From IMG/VR virus record IMGVR_UViG_3300042889_001503, positions 208,438 through 272,437 of that record: DNA of 64,000 nt; one strand, written 5' to 3'. A model generated the notes under the pieces. That model saw only the letters and a program-made list of their open reading frames with translations, had not been told where the DNA came from and made no database searches. How positions within the stretch are numbered: position 1 is the first letter of the stretch; every line of letters begins with the position of its first letter. Positions 44,711-53,480 of the stretch are shown piece by piece. A program made the position numbers and the translations under genes.

Positions 44711-45974
44711 ATTAGACAAAACATATCAGGACTTACTCCAAGACATTCTTGACAACGGAGTAGTAAAACAAGACAGAACAGGGACGGGAACAATCTCGGT
44801 ATTCGGAAGACAAATCAGACATAAAATGTCAGAAGGATTCCCATTACTTACAACCAAAAAAATGCCATTCAAAACAATCGTAACAGAACTTCTTTGGTTC
44901 TTAAGAGGTGATACCAACATTAAGTTTTTGGTTGATAATGGATGTAATATTTGGAATGGTGATGCTTATAAGAACTACATAAATAACCCAGCTTACAAAG
45001 CTGAATCTGTTGCCGATTTAATGGGTTCACAAGCAGGTCAATTGGTAAAATGCTCAACACAAGAAGAGTTCATCAACAAAATAAAGACAGATGATGAGTT
45101 TGCTAAGAAGTGGGGTGAATTGGGTCCAATTTACGGTAAGCAATGGAGAAATTGGGGGAGGTTTGAGTATGAAGGTTTCACCCAAGAAGGTAGCGAAACA
45201 TTAAATAACATAGATGTAAATTGGAAAATACCAACAGACCAAATCCAAAACCTAATCAACGACCTTAAAACAAATCCAGACTCAAGACGATTGATGGTTA
45301 ATGCTTGGAATGTTGGAGAACTGGACCAAATGGTTCTTCCACCTTGTCATTATGGATTTCAAGTTTATACAAGAGAGTTGAGTAATGAAGAACGATTAGA
45401 TTGGATGAGAGGTAATAAGTCTAAAGTAATCTTACCAATGAGAGACCCTAATATTGAGTTTTCTATGGATGAATGGTTTAGACCATACGGAGTTCCTAAA
45501 CGAGCAATCTCTTTAATGTGGAATCAACGTTCAGTAGATACATTCTTAGGATTACCATTCAACATTGCTTCTTATGGATTGTTATTAGAAATAATTGCAA
45601 AAGAAGTTAATATGGTTCCTGACCAGTTGATTGGGAATCTTGGTGATGTTCATTTATATTCAAATCATATTGAACAAGCCAAAGAACAAATTGGAAGAGA
45701 ATATACTCACCAAGAAAGAGATGAATTGTTACAACAAGAGATGGGTAGAGAAAGATATAATAAGGCGGTTGATGAATTGATGCCGTTCGGTGGGGGATTA
45801 AGTGGATATTATGAATTTTATAAAATTCCATATAGAACAAGAGAACCTTATCGATTACCAACATTAGTAATGGTTACTAACCCCGATTTAAAGTTTGATG
45901 AATATGTTTATGATAATTTAAAACTTGTAAACTATCAATCACATCCAACCATTAAAGCACCTTTAAGTAATTAA
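44703..45974 (+). CDS. thyA: Thymidylate synthase (ThyA type) with large in-frame insertions
   Basis: DRTGTGT, FPLLTTKK, ELLWFL, LGPIYG.QWR, MVLPPCH, QRSVD.FLG.PFN, GDVHLYSNH, IKAPLSN. Confidence 0.95.
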   Translation: MNKLDKTYQDLLQDILDNGVVKQDRTGTGTISVFGRQIRHKMSEGFPLLTTKKMPFKTIVTELLWFLRGDTNIKFLVDNGCNIWNGDAYKNYINNPAYKAESVADLMGSQAGQLVKCSTQEEFINKIKTDDEFAKKWGELGPIYGKQWRNWGRFEYEGFTQEGSETLNNIDVNWKIPTDQIQNLINDLKTNPDSRRLMVNAWNVGELDQMVLPPCHYGFQVYTRELSNEERLDWMRGNKSKVILPMRDPNIEFSMDEWFRPYGVPKRAISLMWNQRSVDTFLGLPFNIASYGLLLEIIAKEVNMVPDQLIGNLGDVHLYSNHIEQAKEQIGREYTHQERDELLQQEMGRERYNKAVDELMPFGGGLSGYYEFYKIPYRTREPYRLPTLVMVTNPDLKFDEYVYDNLKLVNYQSHPTIKAPLSN

Positions 45975-45976
45975 AA

Positions 45977-46213
45977 ATGTTAATACATATTCAGACACAG
46001 GAATTGGAAAAAGAGTTTATAAATCCGGTTAAAAATGGGTTTGTATTTCAACCGGCAATTGATTACCAAACAAATGCCATCCACGCACAATTTGAAGGGA
46101 AAGATGTTATCATCTTTAACTTCAAAAAGTATGGATGGTTTAACGATAACAGATTTAACACCTACAACCTATCATTAGGACCGGCAGGTATAACAATTGA
46201 AATACTATTATGA
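45977..46213 (+). CDS. Hypothetical protein
   Basis: 78 aa ORF. Confidence 0.65.
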   Translation: MLIHIQTQELEKEFINPVKNGFVFQPAIDYQTNAIHAQFEGKDVIIFNFKKYGWFNDNRFNTYNLSLGPAGITIEILL

Positions 46214-46416
46214 CTATAACACAAATAACGACACCTACTTTTGAATATGACGGTGAAAAATATAGTGTATTTATCCGAAGGTTTATAGATTTTAATGATT
46301 TTCAAAATTACTTGGAAAGAAAGGAAAAATTAGGTAAAACAAAATTATTCATTCATTCCATATTTACATTACCTGAACAAACAGAAATTTGGATTAAATA
46401 TCAAATACTATTATGA
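46210..46416 (+). CDS. Hypothetical protein
   Basis: 68 aa ORF. Confidence 0.6.
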   Translation: MTITQITTPTFEYDGEKYSVFIRRFIDFNDFQNYLERKEKLGKTKLFIHSIFTLPEQTEIWIKYQILL

Positions 46417-46631
46417 TAGTTAACGAAAAGGTGGATGATAAAGGTAGAGTTGTTGAAAAGAAAATAACAGGTTCTTACTATAATTCCATTTGGAGTTATA
46501 TCTATGACGATAAAAACCAAACCGTAACCCAAAAAAGAAGTGATTCACCTTTTTATAAAATTATTACGGATTTAATAAGTAAAACAAGTAAAATCGTTTG
46601 GAACGATGGTAAAGAAGAACAAATAATATGA
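46413..46631 (+). CDS. Hypothetical protein
   Basis: 72 aa ORF. Confidence 0.6.
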   Translation: MIVNEKVDDKGRVVEKKITGSYYNSIWSYIYDDKNQTVTQKRSDSPFYKIITDLISKTSKIVWNDGKEEQII

Positions 46632-46894
46632 AAAGTCCATTAACCGGAAAAGAAATGAAACTAATGTCGGAACCATCCACAATGGATTATAAAGGTAAGA
46701 CATACAATGTGATTCACCACCATTATCTGTGTGAATTAACAAATGAACAATTCACAACATCAGAGTTAGATGAAATGAATTTATTAGAACTAAACAAACA
46801 AGTTAAACTTGATTTTTTAGACCAATTCGAGGCAACTGAGGGGAAAATTAACATAGCAACCTTATACGAAGGTAAAGATAAACAAACAATATGA
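46628..46894 (+). CDS. MqsA/YgiT-type antitoxin N-terminal domain, stand-alone
   Basis: MKSPLTGKEM...YLCELTNEQFTTSELDEMNL; no HTH domain. Confidence 0.55.
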   Translation: MKSPLTGKEMKLMSEPSTMDYKGKTYNVIHHHYLCELTNEQFTTSELDEMNLLELNKQVKLDFLDQFEATEGKINIATLYEGKDKQTI

Positions 46895-47082
46895 AAGAAT
46901 CGACAGAATTTGAAATGATGAGGTCACTCCATACATTATGGGTGAAAGGGTTAATAACTTTTGAACAAGTTGAACTATTATTAATTCAAAATAACCAATT
47001 AGAACTAACATTCTTAAATAAGAATGAATTTATGGCAGAAACATTAGATGGAAAAACAAAATATAGACTCGGAGAACAATAA
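46891..47082 (+). CDS. Hypothetical protein
   Basis: 63 aa ORF. Confidence 0.55.
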   Translation: MKESTEFEMMRSLHTLWVKGLITFEQVELLLIQNNQLELTFLNKNEFMAETLDGKTKYRLGEQ

Positions 47083-47401
47083 TTACTTTAAGAAAAATAA
47101 AGTAAAAATTAATAAAATTGTTAAGGAATATGAAAATGCCACCACAAAAGAAGTTTGGGAAGGTGTAAGAGATAATTTTACCTTTGGGTTCATAGGAGCT
47201 ACCTTAGTAGTTTTCATAGCAACACGGACAGATATTGCAGTTTTAATGGGGTATATAATATATTACTTCTTTATGGGTAAGATTGTGAACCGACCAAAAT
47301 ACGTGACTGATTTGGGTAAGTTAATTGTATTCCCGATACCGTCAGCGTTGGGTGCATTTGCCGGATATAAATTAAGTTATGTTCTACTACATTTAATATA
47401 A
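47048..47401 (+). CDS. Membrane protein
   Basis: Three hydrophobic segments. Confidence 0.65.
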   Translation: MEKQNIDSENNNYFKKNKVKINKIVKEYENATTKEVWEGVRDNFTFGFIGATLVVFIATRTDIAVLMGYIIYYFFMGKIVNRPKYVTDLGKLIVFPIPSALGAFAGYKLSYVLLHLI

Positions 47402-47425
47402 AAAAAACCGACTGATGTCGGTTTT
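47401..47425. terminator. Terminator between convergent genes
   Basis: AAAACCGAC-TGAT-GTCGGTTTT. Confidence 0.75.
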
Positions 47426-47431
47426 GTTGTT

Positions 47432-48199
47432 TTAAGCCAAATTCAAATTAGCACTTGTCATAACTGAAGCTACTTTATCTTGATTATGTAAATTTGTACT
47501 TTTTCTATCGGAAATTGCTTGTTTAATTAATTCTTCATCAGATTTACCTGATTTAATACCTTCATCTAAACTTTTTGCAAATTTCTTAAAATATCCCGGA
47601 CCATTCCAGCAAGCGTATGAAAAGTGCATTAATAAACTATCATTAGCCTCAACACGTTTTTTAAGTTCAGGATTTGTAAAATAGTTTTTTGAATTAGTGT
47701 CATATTGATTTTTCATTATTTTAGCGGCTAAAGTTTTTAATGTATCCTCTAGTTGACCCCCTCTATAATAATGTTTCCAAGTTTTACAAAACTGTTGCAT
47801 ACCTAAGTCAGTTTTTTCTTTATCAATAATTCTAAAAAATTCCTTACCCTCAGGTGAACTTTCAATACTACCATTGTATCTGTCAAGACCAAACATAGTT
47901 TCTGTTGATACACCCATTCCTTTAGTTGAATGTCCACATTTAGGATTCCAGTAACCACCTTCAAATTCGTCAATCACTTTTTTGGTTACGTTTTCCCATT
48001 TAGAATCAACAGACCCTGAACTTAAATCAAATTTTCCAATTGCCGATTTTATTTTATTTCCAAAATCACCGGTTTTAAGCATATTAACAATTGTATCTGC
48101 CAAACCTTTAAGTGCGTCACCGGCTCCTTGTTCGTTAATATTATATAATGATTTAATATTGTTTTTTTCTTCTTCGGTTATTAATAATTTTTTTGACAT
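47432..48199 (-). CDS. GH108-like lysozyme, leader-bearing
   Basis: MSKKLLITEEEK...INEQ leader; VIDEFEGGYWNP...ETMFGLD. Confidence 0.6.
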   Translation of the reverse strand: MSKKLLITEEEKNNIKSLYNINEQGAGDALKGLADTIVNMLKTGDFGNKIKSAIGKFDLSSGSVDSKWENVTKKVIDEFEGGYWNPKCGHSTKGMGVSTETMFGLDRYNGSIESSPEGKEFFRIIDKEKTDLGMQQFCKTWKHYYRGGQLEDTLKTLAAKIMKNQYDTNSKNYFTNPELKKRVEANDSLLMHFSYACWNGPGYFKKFAKSLDEGIKSGKSDEELIKQAISDRKSTNLHNQDKVASVMTSANLNLA

Positions 48200-48216
48200 A
48201 TCAAATTTTCTTTTAT

Positions 48217-48248
48217 TATAAATACTAACATATTTTAATATATTTATA
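48217..48248. promoter_or_regulatory. Back-to-back TATTTATA motifs (putative late promoters)
   Basis: TATAAATA at 48217-48224 and TATTTATA at 48241-48248, 3 nt before ATG 48252. Confidence 0.55.
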
Positions 48249-48251
48249 AAT

Positions 48252-48641
48252 ATGAAAATAACGATTAAACATATTGATTCGGATGTCCCAAAAGAGAATT
48301 ATGAATTTTATAATGATTTTATCCAATATCTACAAAAATCTTATCCGTTAAAAAATAATATAATAATTAAGTTTGTTGGAAAAAGAGTTGGAGGTATGAC
48401 TACCGGACAAAGAAATACTCAAAATGAGTTAATAATATTATCTAAAGGTAGAATGAATAGGGACATTTTAAGAACACTTGCTCACGAATGGGTTCACGAA
48501 TATCAAAGAACCATTTTAAATCGAGACCAAGGTCCTGATATAGGTGGAAAGAATGAAGATGAAGCAAATTCTGAGTCAGGTTCGATAATTAAGAAATTTG
48601 AACAATCTCACCCTAAGGATGAGAAAAAAATGTATGAGTAA
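48252..48641 (+). CDS. HExxH metallopeptidase-like protein
   Basis: RTLAHEWVHEYQ...EDEAN. Confidence 0.6.
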   Translation: MKITIKHIDSDVPKENYEFYNDFIQYLQKSYPLKNNIIIKFVGKRVGGMTTGQRNTQNELIILSKGRMNRDILRTLAHEWVHEYQRTILNRDQGPDIGGKNEDEANSESGSIIKKFEQSHPKDEKKMYE

Positions 48642-49202
48642 TTACGTTCCTTTAATGTATACCCAATTTTTTTGATAATTTTTATTCTTTATACAGAATA
48701 ACGCATATCCGTTAACAATAGGTCTCCCGGTATTATAACATCCGCAAACTAAACCCCAATTTCCGTATCTACCGTATAATTGATTAAGTAATTTCATACT
48801 TGTCCGGATATTGAGTTCAATGTTATTTTTTAAATCCCCTTTTGATATTTTTTGTTTATGAATATAATTTGCTGTTGATGGCATAATTTGCATTGGTCCC
48901 ACAGCACCGGCAAATGAAGTTTGTCCGGGTTTATATTTCCAATCAAATGGTCCTTTATAGTGAGTTTCTAAATACGCAACATTAAAGGCGATGTATTTGG
49001 GTATTTTGTAAATATTGGAGTAGTGGTCAATTAACTCGTACATCTTTAACGGAGTTGGGGAACTCACATCCGAGTTCCCCAATTCTGAAAGTTCAATACT
49101 TAGTTTTTTTTCTACTTTATTGTTCATCAGTTTGAACGACATTGTTATAATCATTGTCGACAAAATCAGTGTCGTAAATAAGATAATTCCTCGTATTTTC
49201 AT
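48642..49202 (-). CDS. Lytic transglycosylase (SLT family) with N-terminal signal/anchor
   Basis: AYLET, GAVGPMQIMPSTA, CYNTG; probable start MKIRG. Confidence 0.85.
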   Translation of the reverse strand: MKIRGIILFTTLILSTMIITMSFKLMNNKVEKKLSIELSELGNSDVSSPTPLKMYELIDHYSNIYKIPKYIAFNVAYLETHYKGPFDWKYKPGQTSFAGAVGPMQIMPSTANYIHKQKISKGDLKNNIELNIRTSMKLLNQLYGRYGNWGLVCGCYNTGRPIVNGYALFCIKNKNYQKNWVYIKGT

Positions 49203-49207
49203 AGTTT

Positions 49208-49549
49208 TTATTTTATAGTTGATGTCGAAACAGGGTTGTTTTGACCCCATACGTTTTTGGCGTATAGTTTAAAAATTGTTTTACCAATTGAGTCTTGGTA
49301 TATACTATAATTACCTGTTTTTTTCTCAATAACGATTAAATGGTTATTTTCATCTATCGCAAGATTGACTTCTGACTTAACAATTGTTCTCACTTGAACC
49401 TTTGAAATCTTGTCTTTGTTTATCATTTGGTTATAAAATATCCCGATAAAGAACGACGCAGTTACAGAACATAAGATAATTCCGTAAATTGTTACACTTT
49501 TAAAAAAAGGTGTAATTTTTTCTTTTAAACTTTTTAGTTTTTCATTCAT
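49208..49549 (-). CDS. Membrane-anchored hypothetical protein
   Basis: Single TM segment near N-terminus. Confidence 0.65.
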   Translation of the reverse strand: MNEKLKSLKEKITPFFKSVTIYGIILCSVTASFFIGIFYNQMINKDKISKVQVRTIVKSEVNLAIDENNHLIVIEKKTGNYSIYQDSIGKTIFKLYAKNVWGQNNPVSTSTIK

Positions 49550-49634
49550 AATTTTTAATTTTTAATGTTTTGACAAAAATAAAGCTAAGAAACGAGTCCA
49601 CCAACTTTATTAACAAAAAGTTGTTAATATCTCA

Positions 49635-50060
49635 TTACGAGATACTAACAACTTCTAAATCAAAGATTAATTTTTTTCCTGCTAAAGGATGATTGGCGTC
49701 TAAAGTAACAGTTTCTTCGTTAACTGCAATTACTAGTACATTCACCGGTCCTTGAGGTCCATTACCTTGTAATGATTCACCAACTTGAATTCCTTCAGGA
49801 ACATTAGCTCTTGGAACTTCGTTAATAAACTCAGGTTTTGGTTCACCGTAAGAATCTTCAACAGAAAGCTCAATAGTTTTTTTATCACCTTCAACCATAT
49901 CGATTAAACCTGATTCAAATCCTTTAATAAGTTGTCCTAATCCTAACTCAACCTCTAATGGTTCACGACCTTCAGCGATTGATGTGTCAAAGATTGTTCC
50001 GTCTTCTAATCTTCCTGTGTAATGTACTTTTACTTTACTCGTTGTTTCTACTTTTTTCAT
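49635..50060 (-). CDS. FKBP-type peptidyl-prolyl isomerase (SlyD/FkpB-like)
   Basis: VKVHYTGRLEDGTIFD, GQLIKGFE, LDANHPLAGKKL. Confidence 0.95.
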   Translation of the reverse strand: MKKVETTSKVKVHYTGRLEDGTIFDTSIAEGREPLEVELGLGQLIKGFESGLIDMVEGDKKTIELSVEDSYGEPKPEFINEVPRANVPEGIQVGESLQGNGPQGPVNVLVIAVNEETVTLDANHPLAGKKLIFDLEVVSIS

Positions 50061-50181
50061 AAATTAAATGTTTTTGATAATAATAAGATTAATAAAAATA
50101 AAAATCAAACATTATTGATTAAAAAACAAATAATCACTATAATTATATTAATAATTAACCCCCAAAAACCCTTATAATCTT

Positions 50182-50376
50182 ATGTCAAACGAAGAACACG
50201 TTGAGGAAATGTACTATTTCGCTCACATTTCAGGAGTATTTAAAGAATTCTCAAATGAAGTAACTAAAATTAGAAATAATGACCCTAAAAAACATTTTTC
50301 GGAGGTTGTTGAAGACGTGTTTAATAAATTTGTTAACGGAGGATTAATTCAAAGTGATTTACACCTATTTATTTAA
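50182..50376 (+). CDS. Hypothetical protein
   Basis: 64 aa ORF. Confidence 0.6.
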   Translation: MSNEEHVEEMYYFAHISGVFKEFSNEVTKIRNNDPKKHFSEVVEDVFNKFVNGGLIQSDLHLFI

Positions 50377-50674
50377 CATCAATTGTTGATGTTAGGTTAA
50401 TATTTTCTTTTTTACCCATATATTTCCAACCTTCTAAGACCAAATGTTCCATTCCTACCGGAAATGACTCTAAACATAATTCAGGGTCGGTGGTGAGTAA
50501 CTTACAATCAACGGTAAAACATTTATTATTAGTAGAATATCGGATAAAATTGACTACAATGACGCTACCCACACCAAATAATAGTTCAAGGTCGTCTTTT
50601 AGGACAATATTTATAAAAAATTCAAAAGCTTTCTTCATATTATTAAATATAGGTGGAAAAATAGGTTTTTCCAA
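50369..50674 (-). CDS. Hypothetical protein
   Basis: 101 aa ORF. Confidence 0.55.
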   Translation of the reverse strand: MEKPIFPPIFNNMKKAFEFFINIVLKDDLELLFGVGSVIVVNFIRYSTNNKCFTVDCKLLTTDPELCLESFPVGMEHLVLEGWKYMGKKENINLTSTIDVK

Positions 50675-50724
50675 TTAACCATTTGATTTATATTAAATCA
50701 TTATTTATAATTAAAGAAAAAACT

Positions 50725-50973
50725 ATGTATTTAAATGTAATTTTAACGATTTTCGTGGTTGTCCAAGTTGCCACACTAGTATTAATCTATAAATGGTGGG
50801 ACAAATACGGAAGAAAACTATTCACATCATTTACTGATATGAAAAAAGGATTTTCAGATAACCCATTTGTTGGTCCCACGAGTAAAGGTCCAAACCCATT
50901 TGGAAATATTCCGGATATGAGTCAAATGATGAAACAATTTGAATCTATGACCAAAAATATGGGAAAAAAGTAA
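50725..50973 (+). CDS. Small membrane protein
   Basis: MYLNVILTIFVVV; TATTTATA at 50702-50709; terminator 50993-51028. Confidence 0.65.
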   Translation: MYLNVILTIFVVVQVATLVLIYKWWDKYGRKLFTSFTDMKKGFSDNPFVGPTSKGPNPFGNIPDMSQMMKQFESMTKNMGKK

Positions 50974-51067
50974 GTTATAACTGAGAAAAATAGAAAAAGG
51001 AGTTAGTTTTTTACTAATTCCTTTTTTTATTTGGAAAAATGTCTTATCTTTGTAAAAAATATTAAAA

Positions 51068-51703
51068 ATGGAGCCAGAAAAAGACATATTCGACGAATGG
51101 GCGGACGAAAGAAAAAAAGAATCGTGGATTATGAGAAAACTACGTTTTATTCCGGCATGGTGGGACCACGATGGTCAATATTACCATAAATACGTTAAAA
51201 TGGGTGTAAAAAACCTAATTTATTGGTTCCCAATCATATGGAAAGACAGAAATTGGGATAGTCATTACATCTTTGATATAATGAAACATAAATTATCGGG
51301 ACAAGCTGATTATATTGGACGTAGAGATTTACATACACGTGCACAAGAAGACGCAAAAAGAATGAGGTTATGTGTAAAATTGATGGGTTTGGTTCAAGAG
51401 GAGTTTTATTCTTCTGAATACTCCGATTTTCATAAAACCAAACATTGGTTTGAACCTGTTCCGGATAAACCAAATTTATCATCTTGGGAATCACGATTAT
51501 TAGAAGAAAATTTTGATGATTACTTCAAAAAATACCCATTAATTTACAAAAGAGTGTTAAATGGCGAGGGAGTATTTAATAGAGAAGGTCGTGAGGAAGA
51601 TAAACAAATCATTGCGATGAACATTGGACATATAAACCACGACAGAGCAAGAAAATTGTTATTCAAAGTGATGGAAGAAAATATCGAGAGATGGTGGGAT
51701 TAA
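51068..51703 (+). CDS. Hypothetical phage protein
   Basis: 211 aa; TATCTTTG at 51045-51052. Confidence 0.75.
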   Translation: MEPEKDIFDEWADERKKESWIMRKLRFIPAWWDHDGQYYHKYVKMGVKNLIYWFPIIWKDRNWDSHYIFDIMKHKLSGQADYIGRRDLHTRAQEDAKRMRLCVKLMGLVQEEFYSSEYSDFHKTKHWFEPVPDKPNLSSWESRLLEENFDDYFKKYPLIYKRVLNGEGVFNREGREEDKQIIAMNIGHINHDRARKLLFKVMEENIERWWD

Positions 51704-51704
51704 T

Positions 51705-51878
51705 ATGAGCACATTTGATGAAGTTTGGGATAAAGTTGCGGAAGAACTCCGAGGAAATCTAACTGTTGAGGAATATAAAGAGTTAATCACTCTTGAATAT
51801 GTATTAACTTGGGGTTATGGAAGTCCTGAAGACGATGAACGGTTTAAAGAATTAAGAATTAAAAAACACGGAGTGTAA
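51705..51878 (+). CDS. Small hypothetical protein
   Basis: Manual ORF MSTFDEVWDKV. Confidence 0.5.
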   Translation: MSTFDEVWDKVAEELRGNLTVEEYKELITLEYVLTWGYGSPEDDERFKELRIKKHGV

Positions 51879-52034
51879 TGAGTAACGAATTAATTTTTAC
51901 AATAGTATTTGGGTTAGCTTATTTGGGTGTAATAATTCTATGGGTAGAAGGGATTGATTATATGAAAAAAAATCATCCTGATTATAAAGGTGAAGATTTA
52001 TTTAACGAAGAAGAAGGTAAAGACGAAGAAAAAA

Positions 52035-52343
52035 ATGATTGAAGATACAAAAGGACATTCAACAAGACATAAGGCTAAAGAATATCCATTAACATATAAA
52101 AAAAATATGAAAAACTATGTAGTTGGAATTTTAAGTATGTATGAAAATGACTTAAAATTATTTAAAGTTGAAGCTGAAGACAAATATGAGGCTTTAAAAA
52201 AAGGGATGGTGGATTTTACTTCGGAAGAGTATAAAGAACACGAACTTGAATTCCAAAATGGTGCGATATGTCCCCCCAATTTTGAATCATTAACCGGATT
52301 TTATAATGTTGGAGATATAATGACAAATGTTATAGAAATATAA
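52035..52343 (+). CDS. Hypothetical protein
   Basis: Within track ORF 51990..52343; start uncertain. Confidence 0.55.
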   Translation: MIEDTKGHSTRHKAKEYPLTYKKNMKNYVVGILSMYENDLKLFKVEAEDKYEALKKGMVDFTSEEYKEHELEFQNGAICPPNFESLTGFYNVGDIMTNVIEI

Positions 52344-52377
52344 TATTTTTTATTATCTTTGTAAAAAAATAGAAATA

Positions 52378-53070
52378 ATGAGAGTTACATTTATAAGTGA
52401 TACACACAACAAACACAAACAAGTCACACAGGATTTACCTGGTGGAGATTTACTAGTGCATAGTGGAGATTTAACATCTATGGGTTACGAACACGAAATC
52501 AGAGAGTTCTGTAAGTGGTTTAATAACATAGAAGGTTATACTCACAAGGTATTCATCGCCGGAAACCACGATTGGGGTTTTCAAGATAACGTTGACAAGG
52601 TAAAAGAGATATTAGATTTCTACACCGGAATCACATATCTTCAAGATAGTGCATTGGTAATCAAAGTTGGGGATGAAAGAGAAGTAAAAATCTATGGTAG
52701 CCCTTGGCAACCTTGGTTTCACGATTGGGCATTCAACTTACAAAAAAATGGTATGACGTTGGCAGGTAAATGGGAAGGAATCCCTGATGATACTGACATC
52801 TTACTTACTCACGGACCAGCGTTCGGAATCTTAGACACTGTTGACGGTAGAAGATACGATAATTTAGGTTGTGAGTTATTATCTGAGAGATTAGAAAGAT
52901 TAAACGTTAAACTTCATAATGTTGGTCATATCCACACCGGATATGGTTACGTTAAAAAAGGGGACACACATCACTTTAACTCTGCGGTATTAGATGAGAG
53001 ATACATCTACACTCAAAAACCAATGACTGTTGATTGGAATCCGGATACAAACGAAGTAGAGTTTGTTTAA
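52378..53070 (+). CDS. Calcineurin-like metallophosphoesterase (MPPED2-like)
   Basis: SDTH, HSGD, AGNHD, YGSPWQP, LTHGP, GHIH; TATCTTTG at 52354-52361. Confidence 0.9.
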   Translation: MRVTFISDTHNKHKQVTQDLPGGDLLVHSGDLTSMGYEHEIREFCKWFNNIEGYTHKVFIAGNHDWGFQDNVDKVKEILDFYTGITYLQDSALVIKVGDEREVKIYGSPWQPWFHDWAFNLQKNGMTLAGKWEGIPDDTDILLTHGPAFGILDTVDGRRYDNLGCELLSERLERLNVKLHNVGHIHTGYGYVKKGDTHHFNSAVLDERYIYTQKPMTVDWNPDTNEVEFV

Positions 53071-53072
53071 TA

Positions 53073-53101
53073 AAAAACCCCCTTAATTGGGGGTTTATTT
53101 T
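53073..53101. terminator. Terminator between convergent genes
   Basis: AAACCCCC/GGGGGTTT. Confidence 0.75.
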
Positions 53102-53287
53102 TTAAGACATAATCTGTTGTAACTTATTCATTATACGACCCTGTTCTTCTTGGAGTTGTCTAATTTTCAGTAACTGATTTGAATTTAGGTCGATACTCTC
53201 ACCTTTAATTGAGGCGATTTCGTTAGACAGCTTATCAAAACTATAAGTTAATTGGCTGTACAATTGGGCTTTTTGGTCGTTGTTCAT
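53102..53287 (-). CDS. Small coiled-coil protein
   Basis: 61 aa ORF. Confidence 0.6.
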   Translation of the reverse strand: MNNDQKAQLYSQLTYSFDKLSNEIASIKGESIDLNSNQLLKIRQLQEEQGRIMNKLQQIMS

Positions 53288-53362
53288 ATCCCAATAATAA
53301 ATAAGTAAATTAAAAAGTAAAACATATTGATTTTTTATCTGAGTATAGTATATTTATTACCA

Positions 53363-53444
53363 ATGACGAGATACAAACTATACACGCCGAACAATTATAT
53401 TACTTAACAAGTAAGTCCCTATTTTATTTTAGGGACTTTTTTTT
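53363..53444 (+). promoter_or_regulatory. Leader peptide plus terminator (putative Asn-sensing attenuator)
   Basis: ORF MTRYKLYTPNNYIT (53363-53407); terminator AAGTCCCTA/TAGGGACTT plus T-run (53413-53444); competing ACTTA/TAAGT pairing. Confidence 0.55.
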
Positions 53445-53480
53445 GCCCATACGTAAACAATTAAAATTAAATATAAAACT

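Noticed and set aside
44703-45974. Group I intron or intein in thyA
   Set aside because: The ORF is continuous, the inserts are short and scattered, and there are no intein C...HN termini or homing-endonuclease motifs.
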